Part shown: positions 50,846 through 61,035 of the stretch, in pieces
How the letters are laid out: each line of letters starts with the position of its first letter
Numbering within the stretch: position 1 is the stretch's first letter
Origin: Opitutales bacterium
GTDB lineage: Bacteria > Verrucomicrobiota > Verrucomicrobiia > Opitutales > UBA2987
Direction: 5' to 3'
Length of the DNA stretch: 64,000 bases
Assembly (NCBI GenBank): GCA_965226885.1
Contig: CBDDEL010000017.1
Span: 352,001-416,000 of the forward strand
The notes under the pieces: generated by a model
Told to the model about the DNA's origin: nothing
Seen by the model: only the letters and a program-made list of their open reading frames with translations
Database searches by the model: none
Program-made: the position numbers and the translations under genes

Positions 50846-52352
50846 CGTAGAGGCTGTCCCAAAAGGGTGATTTTTGCGAGGGCTTTTGATAGGCGCTCAT
50901 TTTAGAGGTATTTGCATTTGGGAGAGTATCAACTTTGCTCTCCTATGACGTTAGGATACTGGTTTTGGGGTCCGGTTGCCTGGTTTTCTTTGTATGAGCC
51001 GACAGTACGGCTGTGAAAAAGTATTGTCCTTGCTTTTCCGCTCTCTAGGCCGCCGCTTTGGTTTTTAGTTCGTCTTGCTGGGCCAGCATCTTGGCTACTT
51101 TCCATAGGTTGTGCGAGAGTACCGACCAGGCTACGCTGATCGAGCGGTTGGCAAAGCCTTTGCTGCGCAACCGCCCGGCCTGCCAGCGATTCTTCAATAC
51201 CCCGATCCGCCCTTCGGTGCTGGCCCGGCGCTTTTGCAATTGTCTGAACAGTGGTTCCTCCATCCGTTTTTTCAACTGCTTCGGATCGCGTGGACAGAGC
51301 GCGTCGTAGATTCCCTCCTGGGCTAACTGCCGGCGGGCCCGCTGGGAGGCAAATCCCCGGTCCGCGCACATGGCCGCTATGGGTTCTTCCAGGTTGAAGC
51401 GGTTCTGTCTTTGCAAACTCTCTTGCATTTGTTCATTTTCGCTTGGAGTTCGGCTGCCGTAGAGTTTCCAGTCCAGCAGGTACCCTTCAACGCTTTCTCC
51501 CAAAAACAGGGTGTTGCCGAACTCGACCTCTTGGCCCGCTTTACCTCGCACAATCACCTGCCCATCGAGTTCGTAAACACTCAAGACTTTCTCTGCGTTT
51601 TTCACCTGGCGGCCGCCAATGATCCGCTCGTGCGCCTGTTTGATGACCACCGGGATTTGCTCGCTCATGCGCTCCATCCGGGCGAGGATCTGTTGGACCT
51701 GTTTTTCGCTGTAATCGCTTTGCTCCCAGCAGGCTTGCAATAATTCCCGGTGACTGCGGGCATGCTCCCCGATCCGTTTGAGCAGCTTTTTCATCTGCCT
51801 CAAGATACCCTTGCGCTGCCGCGCGCTGTCCTTTCGCCGCCGGCTGTGGGTCATCTGTATGCACAGCCGATTCATCTGCCGAGCCAAGGGCTCCGGTTCG
51901 ATCGGCATGCGATGGCGCAAACCGGCCTTCTCGCGGATCAGCCGGATCGCTTTGAGCAACGTGCCGGCTACATCCTTGAGTAATACCCAGTCCGTCGGCC
52001 AATGAATGTTAGCCTCCAAACAGGTGCCGTCGATCAGGCAAATGGTGGTGTCAATCGGCTTGTCCAATCCCACCTGCCGGGCCAGAAGGGCATCGCCCAC
52101 CACCTCAGTCAAGGTCCGGTGCAAGGCCCTCAACTGCTCTTCGCTGAAAAACTTCGAGGCCCGCTCCAGGGTGCTTTTGGAGATGCCCCTGATGCCATCG
52201 ATCTGCCGGACACGGCAAAAGTCGGCCAACAGATCGCTGCTGCCCAGAGCCCGCGACAAATGCCGAAACGAAATCCCTCCGAGCAGACGGCCCAGCGTAT
52301 CCATGCGCAGTGCCTTGATGGCAAAACTGGCCCGCTGCCGCCGGGCCTTTAG

Positions 52353-53919
52353 CCCGGATATTTCATGAAGGGTAAAGTTTGGCTCGTTATTGCTATTGGA
52401 GATGGATTTCTTTGTATTTTGGGCGGATCGTCTTGATTTTGAGGTGTTTTTCAGGGTGTAGAGACACTTCCCCCTTTCCCCCATTGGTTCGGTAGCGCCG
52501 GGGGCAGCGCCAATGCGCCCTTTAGGTTGGCACCAACCGGCGGGCCGCATGGTTGAAAAGACTGGCCCATGGATGACTTTCACTTAGATGAAAGTGAATC
52601 GTTCGGGTGTTGCGCACGATTACCGCTCCGATCTTGATTAATTTTAGCCGTAGACTGTGGCATTGGAGCCGCGCCCACTTCGTCCCTTTTAATGCGAACC
52701 GGCGCAAGGCTTCCATCAAGGTGTAGGCCAGCCCCGACAAGAGCAATCGCCACTGGTTGGCCCACCATTTATGCGCGCTGGTGCGTTCGCTGAACAATTG
52801 CATCTGTTCCTTGATCCGGTTCTCCATCTCACCGCGGCCACAGTATACTTTGTCGTAAAGCTCTTGGGGATCGCCCGGCAGGTTCGTCACCACGAAGCGC
52901 GGGTTGGACCCCTGTGCGGTGTGTTCGGCTTTGTGGATGATAAGGCGTTGGCGCCGCCACGATTTTGCCCCATACTCGAAGTGCTGAAACAGCCGTTGCT
53001 TTTTGCCGCTACCCTCGAACCATTGTTTGGCTTGCTCCTGCAACTGCCGGGCCGCTTGCTGCAAGCGTGCATGGCGGGCCGTTCCCACTATAAAATAAAC
53101 CTCGTTGCGCTCGCACCACGAGAGAATCCGATCCCGGCAGAATCCGCTGTCGGCACGCCAAATAATCCGCGTATGGGGCCAGCTTTGGCGAATCCGTTTA
53201 ACCAGCAATTTGAGGATGGCCCCGGCATGCTTGCTCGCATCGATCTTGCTGGGCCGCAGGTAGGCCACCAGAAGCTGATCGCCGCAAAAAACATACAGCG
53301 GCAAAAAACAGTAATGATCATAATAACCGTGGAAAAAACGTCCCTCCTGGAGCCCGTGCACCGGATTGTCGGTGGCGTCAAAGTCCAGGATGATCTCTTC
53401 GGGTTCCTCGGCAAAGGATCCGATGAACTGTTCGACCAGCAACTCGTTCAGGGCAAAGGCTGCCCGCCGATCCTGCCCGTTTTCAAAACGACACAAAGTC
53501 GGCGCGCTGGCCAACGCTTCAGTGCGCCCCGTTACCGTTTGCAACAAAGGATCGCGGCGCAGGGTGTTAAAGTCGTTCAAATCCTCATAGCCCGCCACCA
53601 GCCCGTAAACGCGCTGCCGGATCATGGCCAGCATCTCATGGCGCACTTTGCCCTTCTGCCGTTTGTCTACTAATTGCCGGGCCGCTTGCTCGGTCAAGCC
53701 CAACCGCCGATCCACTTCCCGGATCAAAAGCAGCCCGGCATCCGAAGTAACCTCACCGCCCTTAAAATCAACCCGCACACGGCGGCCTTTTACCCTTGTC
53801 AACTGTAGTTCTAATTGTTTACTTTTTGTCATCGCTGATATTGCTTTAATGTTTAATCTATCCTGCTGTATATCAGCAGATAAGCATATCAGCGATACTT
53901 TTTTTATGAAATTTCCGGG
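52353..53919 (-). mobile_element. IS1380-family element, copy 4 (diverged isoform)
   Basis: IRs CCCGGATATTTC and CCCGGAAATTTC. TTAG duplication. Many substitutions relative to copies 1-3. Confidence 0.95.
52522..53832 (-). CDS. IS1380 transposase (intact, 436 aa)
   Basis: Homologous to 31002-32312. Confidence 0.94.
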   Translation of the reverse strand: MTKSKQLELQLTRVKGRRVRVDFKGGEVTSDAGLLLIREVDRRLGLTEQAARQLVDKRQKGKVRHEMLAMIRQRVYGLVAGYEDLNDFNTLRRDPLLQTVTGRTEALASAPTLCRFENGQDRRAAFALNELLVEQFIGSFAEEPEEIILDFDATDNPVHGLQEGRFFHGYYDHYCFLPLYVFCGDQLLVAYLRPSKIDASKHAGAILKLLVKRIRQSWPHTRIIWRADSGFCRDRILSWCERNEVYFIVGTARHARLQQAARQLQEQAKQWFEGSGKKQRLFQHFEYGAKSWRRQRLIIHKAEHTAQGSNPRFVVTNLPGDPQELYDKVYCGRGEMENRIKEQMQLFSERTSAHKWWANQWRLLLSGLAYTLMEALRRFALKGTKWARLQCHSLRLKLIKIGAVIVRNTRTIHFHLSESHPWASLFNHAARRLVPT

Positions 53920-54236
53920 TTAGACCCATTGGCTGCCACCCCTCCAAGGCCAGCTCAATGGCCTGCGATTCCACCTCCGAGTCGATCAGCAGCCGATCGA
54001 TTCGATCAATGGTGGCGCGGAAGTTATCGTAATCGAGGCACCGGTCGACCACAGTTAAAGCTGGACGCAGGAGGCATTGGATGGCTATATTTTTCATAGA
54101 AAGGGCTATATTGATTTTCGCTAACTCAATTATAGAACCCTTTTTTGGCCGGATCGAGCAAAAACTTGCTCTTTCCGGCTCTTTTTATCAACGTCATCCA
54201 GTTGACTATAAAATCTTTATATTTTTGGGACAGCCT

Positions 54237-55382
54237 CTAACGTACGCAACCGCGCGCCTCCACCGGCCAGCGGCCAATCCGACCATTTTCGTGGATGACA
54301 TGCACTTCGTCGGTCAGGTTGAGAACCGGGCACACATGGGCCACTACGAAGCGTAATTTCTGCCCGATTTTCAACTCATCAACATCCTCGCCGGTGAGGA
54401 AGCCGTGCTCCTCGCTTAATTTCGTAACGGTAATCCGCCTGCCGTCAGCTGCCAGTGCCGTTTCTCCAGCCGGCGTCTTATCGCTGCTGAAGACTTTCGT
54501 GCCTGCGTCGATGAGAGCCAGTCCGGGCTCCGGTTTGTCAACGACGGTCGTCAAAATAGTCAGTGCAACTTGTTCCCACTCCATCGTCACAACCCTGTGG
54601 GTATGGGATAGGTCGCCAAAAACATAAGCCCCCGGGCGAACCGCATCGACCTCCGGCAGGGTCGCCATGATGGCGGCGGTAACGCTGCAACCGGGCCAGA
54701 TGCGCAAATCGGGATCAACCCTTTCCTTCAATGCCATCAATTGAGCGTGTACCTCACGGGCGCACTCCGATTTTTTTTCCGGAGGGGCCCAGTAACAATG
54801 CCCTTCGTGGGTGTAAATGCCATGCAATTCAAGGTGTGGCAGCCGCCGGATGACTTCTGCCAACCGGATGCCTGCCTCAAGACCTCTGGCCCCTTCGCGG
54901 CCAACCCCGGTGTCCAGGGCCATCATAACTGGAAGTTTCAGGTCCACTCCAGCCAGCACCCGCTCCAGCGCTTCCGCCTGGCCCTCGCTCGTGCCAGCCA
55001 TAACCAACTCGCCAACCTGCCCCGAGATGGCCTTGAGCCGAGGCCCTTGGAGGGGATCGACAATTGAATTGGCGATGAAAATCGATTCGACGCCGGAGGG
55101 TAGCATGGCTTCAGCCTCCCCAATTTTGGCGCAGGTTAAACCGACCGCTCCGGCGGCAAGCTGCTCTTTAGCCACCGCAACCATCTTGTGGGTTTTAATA
55201 TGCGGTCGAAGCTCGACCTTATGCCGATCGCACACTTGCTGCATGCGGCCGATATTATCCCGCATCTTTTCGCAATCGACGAGCACGCACGGAGCTGGCA
55301 GTTCGGCCAGTTCGCTGGTGACTCGGAAAGTTGTTGTTCCGGTTGGAATTAAATTTTCAGTTAACCTATTGTCATTCACCAT
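54237..55382 (-). CDS. Fold-type III PLP enzyme (D-threonine aldolase/D-serine dehydratase-like)
   Basis: LRPHIKTHK, YTHEGH, RPGAYVFGD, DAGTK, SEEHG, HVC. Frame is open to 55397. Confidence 0.9.
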   Translation of the reverse strand: MVNDNRLTENLIPTGTTTFRVTSELAELPAPCVLVDCEKMRDNIGRMQQVCDRHKVELRPHIKTHKMVAVAKEQLAAGAVGLTCAKIGEAEAMLPSGVESIFIANSIVDPLQGPRLKAISGQVGELVMAGTSEGQAEALERVLAGVDLKLPVMMALDTGVGREGARGLEAGIRLAEVIRRLPHLELHGIYTHEGHCYWAPPEKKSECAREVHAQLMALKERVDPDLRIWPGCSVTAAIMATLPEVDAVRPGAYVFGDLSHTHRVVTMEWEQVALTILTTVVDKPEPGLALIDAGTKVFSSDKTPAGETALAADGRRITVTKLSEEHGFLTGEDVDELKIGQKLRFVVAHVCPVLNLTDEVHVIHENGRIGRWPVEARGCVR

Positions 55383-55425
55383 TGCTATAGATTTCAAAAA
55401 ATATTTTTTCTTCTCGATTTCAGAT

Positions 55426-57546
55426 TTATGCTTTCAATACGTAAACGTAAATCGGGCTGCTCCAGGCCATGTGGCCATCTTCCTGCGTAACCCGAATATA
55501 AATAGGGTTGTCCCCTTTGCGGAGCTTGTTTATGGGGAGTTCAAAGGAGAGATGGCGGGAGCCGCCGATATCCGGCAAGCGTGATATTTCAATCTTTTTT
55601 TGTAACCCTCCGCATTTCCAAACGCGAACTTTTTGCCCTATGGAACGAATGGAGACACGGACTTTCCTCTGAACGGTTTCCAATATCAAATCGCCGTTAT
55701 TATTGTTTCCCAGGGTAAGTATCGCTCCCGATACCCCGCCGGTCGTGATCGACTCCCATTGCAAGCGCGATCGGCCCGTCTTCTTTAGCGGGTTTTCCGC
55801 ATTCCAAAAGTTAATGGGCTGAAAGGAGCGAATCGTGTTTCCCGTTATCTGGAGACTGCCGTCCCAGGCAACCATGCGCGCCCGCCCGCGGATTTCCGCT
55901 CCGCTCCAGGTCACTTTTATACGTTTCCCCGCATCCTTTTTAGAATATCCGTAAACACGTTGAATCTCGTCGAGGCCATTTCGAATATCGACATACTGGA
56001 TCGGAGCTGACCCGCAAACATTTACCTGCAAACGCGGGATGCCCCCCTTATTTTCGAGGCAGTCTCCCATTATTGCCTCCCTCCCGTCAGCAGTTCTCAA
56101 GCGAACGTCGACCAGGCAGCGGTTGCCCGTGGTTCCATAAAAATGGCGCTCTCTCAAAGCCTCAACCAGGTGGGCTCGATCCAGTTTGCGCAATAAAACA
56201 CAGGTTAGTCCACCCAGCGACCCGAATTTTCCCGCTCCCGGGTAGGAGGCTCCCGGACGCCCTTTGTGCCCGTCCGAATTAGCGCAGATACCAACCCGGC
56301 AACCCCGTTTCAAAGCGTCCTCGACCAGCCACTCGAATGTGCCCCAAGCCGAATGAACTTCGACTCCCCACTCGAGTTTCGGATCATGTATGCTGAGATC
56401 TGCATATCGTCCGCCAACGTGAGCGAATACAAAGGCTTCTGGCCGATTCTGCTGGCGAAGGCGCTTAAAGAGATGGGCCGCCGTCGGCGAGTCCTCGAAA
56501 GACGACTTCAATCCCGGCAGCAGATCCCGGCTGCTACGCGTAATCTTGCCCCCCTCGGATGAAAACCAAACGTTGCGGTCGCCGCCCAGCGGCGTATTGC
56601 CACTCCATTCATAACCGGGGAGGGTGACAAACGATCCAGCTTTATTAAAGGCCTTGGTAACCGTATTCAAATGCTCCCAAAACTCATCCGTCATCTGGAA
56701 ATCATTGCCTTGGTGGGCGGCGAAATCGACCGGCCCGCAATCGCGCGCAAAGGTGAAATAATCCTCAATCGTGTTCGTCCCGATGGTCTCCTCGGACTGT
56801 CCGTGCAGGTCTCCCCAATACCTCTTCCAGGGATCGTCCGAAGCGATTACCTGGATGGGATTGCTCTCAGCTTCCAGACCGGTCTTTTTATCATGGAAAT
56901 TTACTGTGACAATGCCTTCACTTGCAAAACCCGAATGCCGTTGGGCTTTTGGTTTTGAAACCGGATTGCCCCATATATCCAGCAACTTGAGAAAGCTAAC
57001 GAATCGTTCATTAATATGAACCTGTGAAGGGGCGATACCAACTGCGCGCACTGGTTCACCCGGAATAATGCGCAGGAAGGGGGATCGCTGCAGTTCCTTG
57101 AACCGGTAGGATGCAAAAGGATCCACCAGGGTCTTGAATTCAAAAGAACTCTCGCAAAACGTCTGCATGCGCCACCCCGGAGAACCGCCGGAGGTGTCCC
57201 CGAAGCCGACCGTTATTTTTTCTCCCTTGTTGAGAAAACCGCCCATCACCTTGAGGAAGAGGGAACGGCCCCAGGGGCGGGTATGCCCTTTGGGATCCCA
57301 GCGTGGTTCGATGCGGCAATCGCCATTGGTCGTTATGCTGCAATAGTTGGGGCGTAGAGGATCCGTAAATTGCGGTTCGCCGAAATCCCCGGCATAACGA
57401 AACACCACTTTGACAAAACCTGTTTCATCAATGGGATGTCCAGCCGTATAGGTATAGGTAAGCGAACGGTAACTTCCGGCTATAACGGCCCGCCGAGGGG
57501 TTATCGAAGCTCTTCCAATATCAGCGCCGTGATTGAAGGATTTCAT
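55426..57546 (-). CDS. DUF3604-domain (PHP-like) protein
   Basis: YWGDLHGQS, GYEWSG, EVHSAWG, NSDGHKGRPG, AWSSPI. Confidence 0.8.
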   Translation of the reverse strand: MKSFNHGADIGRASITPRRAVIAGSYRSLTYTYTAGHPIDETGFVKVVFRYAGDFGEPQFTDPLRPNYCSITTNGDCRIEPRWDPKGHTRPWGRSLFLKVMGGFLNKGEKITVGFGDTSGGSPGWRMQTFCESSFEFKTLVDPFASYRFKELQRSPFLRIIPGEPVRAVGIAPSQVHINERFVSFLKLLDIWGNPVSKPKAQRHSGFASEGIVTVNFHDKKTGLEAESNPIQVIASDDPWKRYWGDLHGQSEETIGTNTIEDYFTFARDCGPVDFAAHQGNDFQMTDEFWEHLNTVTKAFNKAGSFVTLPGYEWSGNTPLGGDRNVWFSSEGGKITRSSRDLLPGLKSSFEDSPTAAHLFKRLRQQNRPEAFVFAHVGGRYADLSIHDPKLEWGVEVHSAWGTFEWLVEDALKRGCRVGICANSDGHKGRPGASYPGAGKFGSLGGLTCVLLRKLDRAHLVEALRERHFYGTTGNRCLVDVRLRTADGREAIMGDCLENKGGIPRLQVNVCGSAPIQYVDIRNGLDEIQRVYGYSKKDAGKRIKVTWSGAEIRGRARMVAWDGSLQITGNTIRSFQPINFWNAENPLKKTGRSRLQWESITTGGVSGAILTLGNNNNGDLILETVQRKVRVSIRSIGQKVRVWKCGGLQKKIEISRLPDIGGSRHLSFELPINKLRKGDNPIYIRVTQEDGHMAWSSPIYVYVLKA

Positions 57547-57598
57547 TTCAATTAATTGACAGGTTCCCTACTCTAAACATTCCAGGTGAAATAGAGTC

Positions 57599-58387
57599 TC
57601 AAGCAAATCCGCTCACACCTGTTTTCCGGCGGGCTGCTTCTAGATAAAGCACATCCAGTGGCTCGACGTTGCCCAGGTTGATATTCGATCCCAACTGCCT
57701 TAAAAGCGTATTGGTAATCGATGGCTTTTGCATGCCCATGGGGCCAAGCCACCATCCCGGAAGTTCCATAATCAGTTTTTCGAGCGGAAATCTCTCTGTC
57801 AGCGCCTTCACCAGATCGGTTCTCATTGTGTCGCCTTCAATGAGGTCGGCAGCCTCGATAAATACTTTCCATGCGCCCGCCGCAAGGCAGTCTTCGACAT
57901 CGGTCAGGACTGAGGCGATCTCCGTAATTTTCACCTTCGATCCCACCTCACCCAGCACTTTGAATCCATATTCATTACGCGCACTCTCAATCAGGTTCTT
58001 TTTGAATGCAGCAGTAAATGGGGCTGTGTTGTCCGAAACCTCGATCAAGCGAAATCCAGCCTCCCGGGCATCGGCAAGGTATTCTTTAACGCAGTCGCGG
58101 CTAACGGCGTATTCGAGAAACTGGCCTCCGGGAAACGCTTCCACCTGGTTTTCGCGGTAGATTTCCAGTTTGCGGGTTAAAACGTGGCGGGGTAGCAGGC
58201 CGGGAATGCCAACGGCAATTTTGGCCAGGTCAATATATTCGCCGGACGTATCCAGCAAATCTTTCTGGGCGGAAACGCCCAAGCCCCAATCGATAAGCAT
58301 CGTAAGGCCTTCCTCGCGAGGTTTGCTGGTTCGCTCTAACACGGGCACGTTTTGAAACGCGCGTTCACTATACTTTTCATTTTTCAT
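57599..58387 (-). CDS. comA: Phosphosulfolactate synthase (ComA) family protein
   Basis: KPREEGLTMLIDWG, YIDLAK, PGG, IEVSD, EVGSK, NLGNV, LEAAR. Confidence 0.85.
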   Translation of the reverse strand: MKNEKYSERAFQNVPVLERTSKPREEGLTMLIDWGLGVSAQKDLLDTSGEYIDLAKIAVGIPGLLPRHVLTRKLEIYRENQVEAFPGGQFLEYAVSRDCVKEYLADAREAGFRLIEVSDNTAPFTAAFKKNLIESARNEYGFKVLGEVGSKVKITEIASVLTDVEDCLAAGAWKVFIEAADLIEGDTMRTDLVKALTERFPLEKLIMELPGWWLGPMGMQKPSITNTLLRQLGSNINLGNVEPLDVLYLEAARRKTGVSGFA

Positions 58388-58448
58388 GGTTTAAATTATT
58401 CACCTCATTTTGTTCCCCCCTCGCCTCCGCTCCACGGTTGTTTTTCCC

Positions 58449-59450
58449 TCAAGTCGCCCGGCCATAATTTTCCGCCACAACAGTATGAATCAAGGGTCGA
58501 TTATTTAAATAGTTTTGAAGATTGCCCAGGGCAGACTCGCCGCAGGCTCGATCACGTTCCACAGTGGCACCGCCCATATGCGGCAGAAGCGTGACGTTGG
58601 GCAACTCTCGTAGAGGTGAATCCTTTGGTAGTGGTTCCACCGCATATACATCCAATGCGACCTGAATCCGCCCCTCGCGGGCGACCCGGCAAAGAGCTTC
58701 CTCGTCAACCACCAGACCTCGCCCCACATTGACAAAACAAGCGCCTTGAGGGAGCAAACGAAGAAGTTTCTCAGTAACGATTTTTTTAGTCTTGCCGGTT
58801 AAAGGCTTTAATTCCACCAGCACATCGGAATTCGCAAATAACACTTCCTCGCTGGAGACTCTTTTTACACTGTATTTATCCAATACCTCATTGGGGACAC
58901 CGGTATGGGCGCTGATTTCGACCTTGAAAGGTTTCAGAAGTAGAACCAGGGCCTGGGCAATGTTGCCAAAACCGTGAAGCCCCACCCGCAGGTTGAATAA
59001 ACTCCGGTTCTCGGTCGTCCTTTCACGCCAATTGCCGTGTATTTTTAAATCGATGCCATACTGCATCGTCCTGCGCAGGCCGCAAAGAATCAGCATCAGC
59101 GTACACTCCGCCACGTATTTTCCTATAACGTTTCCCCAGTTAGTTACCGAAAGTCCAGCTGCAATCATCTCACGGGTTACTTTTCGGCGCACGGTACCCG
59201 TTATGTTGCAAAGGTATTTCACGCTGCCGCCGTTGGATAAAAGGCAGGAATCGGGAAGCGACGGGTAAGCCCAGGCCCCCATCACCACTTCCGGCTGGAA
59301 GTCAAGCAGAGCTTTCTCCCAGCGATCGTCAAAGGGAGCCGTTTCCCGAATTTCATACCCGATTCGGGATAATTCCTCCCTCAGATCGAGTGGAAAAAAC
59401 CGCTGCATTTCCTCTTCCGTCAAAGCAATCAGTAATCGTCGATTAATCAT
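58449..59450 (-). CDS. D-isomer 2-hydroxyacid dehydrogenase
   Basis: GLHGFGNIA, VNVGRG, ALDVYAVEPLP, PHMGG. Confidence 0.92.
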   Translation of the reverse strand: MINRRLLIALTEEEMQRFFPLDLREELSRIGYEIRETAPFDDRWEKALLDFQPEVVMGAWAYPSLPDSCLLSNGGSVKYLCNITGTVRRKVTREMIAAGLSVTNWGNVIGKYVAECTLMLILCGLRRTMQYGIDLKIHGNWRERTTENRSLFNLRVGLHGFGNIAQALVLLLKPFKVEISAHTGVPNEVLDKYSVKRVSSEEVLFANSDVLVELKPLTGKTKKIVTEKLLRLLPQGACFVNVGRGLVVDEEALCRVAREGRIQVALDVYAVEPLPKDSPLRELPNVTLLPHMGGATVERDRACGESALGNLQNYLNNRPLIHTVVAENYGRAT

Positions 59451-59463
59451 TTGTCTGCCTTAA

Positions 59464-59481
59464 AGTAACTAAAGAGTTACT
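59464..59481. promoter_or_regulatory. Palindromic operator AGTAAC-TAAAGA-GTTACT
   Basis: Perfect half-sites in the short dehydrogenase/sulfatase divergent region. Confidence 0.8.
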
Positions 59482-59526
59482 TTTCATTTGACAAGGATCT
59501 TTTTCTGCCTTGCCATGAGAAACCTT

Positions 59527-60999
59527 ATGAAAGCTGTCATGGTAATGTTCGATTCGCTGAACCGGCATTTTCTTTCCCGATATGGCTGTCAGTGGCCGAG
59601 CACACCGAATTTCCAAAGATTGGCGGAAAAAACCCTTACCTTCGATACCTCTTTTGTCTGCTCGATGCCGTGTATTCCAGCCCGGCGGGATTTGCATACC
59701 GGCCGCCCGTCTTTTCTCCACAGGCGTTGGGGCCCGCTGGAACCCTTCGATGTCTCGGTTCCCGAAACATTGAAGGAGAACGGCATTTCTTCCCATCTCA
59801 TTACGGATCATTATCATTATTGGGAAGATGGCGCATCTACCTACCATAACCGCTACAGCACTTACGAATTTTTCCGGGGCCAGGAGGGGGATCTGTGGAA
59901 GGGTCTGTTGGGTGAACTTCCCATTCCCAGCCATGAAAACCCGCAGGACAGGCGCCAGAATTGGATCAACCGTTCTTTTATGGCGGAGAACAGCGAGCAT
60001 TGCCAAACCCGCACCTTCGACGCCGCCTGTGATTTCATTGATCGCAACCATGAGGCCGACAATTGGTTTTTGCAAATCGAGTCCTTCGACCCCCACGAAC
60101 CATTTTTTGCCGACCAGGAATACCGCTCCACCGATGAAGACGAAAGCGACGATCCTCTCTTTGACTGGCCGAACTATGGTCCGGTTACGGAAAGCCCTGA
60201 AAAAATCGCCCGTGGGAGAAGGTCCTACGCCGCCCTTCTGCGAAAGTGCGATCAATCACTGGGCCGGATTCTGGATTTGATGGATGGGCACAACCTTTGG
60301 GAGGATACCATGTTCATCGTCTGGACCGATCACGGTTTTCTCCTCGGCGAGCACGATTTGTGGGGCAAAAACATCATGCCGCTCTACCGTGAAATATCCA
60401 ACACGCCCTTTTTCCTCTGGGATCCGCGATGTGGAAAATGCAACGAACGCCGCGCCAGCCTCGTTCAACCGGCCATTGATCTGGGGCCGACCCTCCTCGA
60501 TTTCTTTTCCCTGCCCCGCCCCGAGACAATGATCGGTCAAAACCTCGCCCCCGTGATTTCTCAGGACGATCCGGTTCGCAAAAAGGCCATTTTCGGCCAT
60601 CATGGCCAGGATATCCATATAACGGACGGGAATTATATCTATATCCGGGCACCCATTAAGGCGAACAACGCACCTCTTTTCAACTATACTTTGATGCCCA
60701 TGCGACCCCAAGCTTTTTTCCAGGATCACATGTTAAGGGATGCCGTTTTGACAAAAGAATTTTCCTTTACGCGAGGGCTCCCTGTCCTGCGCTGCCCGTC
60801 GGACAGGTTTCAAAAATTCACCACAGGAGGACCCGGACAGCACCTTCTTTGGGACCTGCGCAACGAATCTTCTCCCGACCACGCGATACGCGATCCCGAT
60901 CTGGAAGAACATTTTTGCCGTAGCATGGTCCGCCTGATGGAGGAATGCGAGAGCCCTTCCGAACAATACGATCGAATGGGTCTGGGCAACTTTCGATAA
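59527..60999 (+). CDS. Sulfatase (Cys-type)
   Basis: MFDSLNR, CIPAR, FDPHEPF, TDHG. Start may be 59515. Confidence 0.93.
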   Translation: MKAVMVMFDSLNRHFLSRYGCQWPSTPNFQRLAEKTLTFDTSFVCSMPCIPARRDLHTGRPSFLHRRWGPLEPFDVSVPETLKENGISSHLITDHYHYWEDGASTYHNRYSTYEFFRGQEGDLWKGLLGELPIPSHENPQDRRQNWINRSFMAENSEHCQTRTFDAACDFIDRNHEADNWFLQIESFDPHEPFFADQEYRSTDEDESDDPLFDWPNYGPVTESPEKIARGRRSYAALLRKCDQSLGRILDLMDGHNLWEDTMFIVWTDHGFLLGEHDLWGKNIMPLYREISNTPFFLWDPRCGKCNERRASLVQPAIDLGPTLLDFFSLPRPETMIGQNLAPVISQDDPVRKKAIFGHHGQDIHITDGNYIYIRAPIKANNAPLFNYTLMPMRPQAFFQDHMLRDAVLTKEFSFTRGLPVLRCPSDRFQKFTTGGPGQHLLWDLRNESSPDHAIRDPDLEEHFCRSMVRLMEECESPSEQYDRMGLGNFR

Positions 61000-61035
61000 A
61001 AGGCTGGGCCGGTTTACCCTTCGCCCCTATTTCAT

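Larger units (their letters stand above)
51045..54097 (-). pseudogene. Transposase (about 493 aa) split by IS1380
   Basis: N-part MKNIAIQ...QPMGL joins in frame to KARRQRAS... Motifs IDGTCLEANIHWPTD, RGKAGQEVEFG, ADRGF, EGRIG. Confidence 0.88.
50850..54237 (-). mobile_element. DDE insertion sequence (IS5/ISNCY-like), carrying a nested IS1380
   Basis: IR GAGGCTGTCCCAAAA at both ends. 7-bp duplication TAACGTA. Family assignment is tentative. Confidence 0.88.

Noticed and set aside
51045..52583. 512-aa transposase ORF as an intact gene
   Set aside because: Its first roughly 77 residues come from the IS1380 end. The real N-terminus is at 54097-53920.
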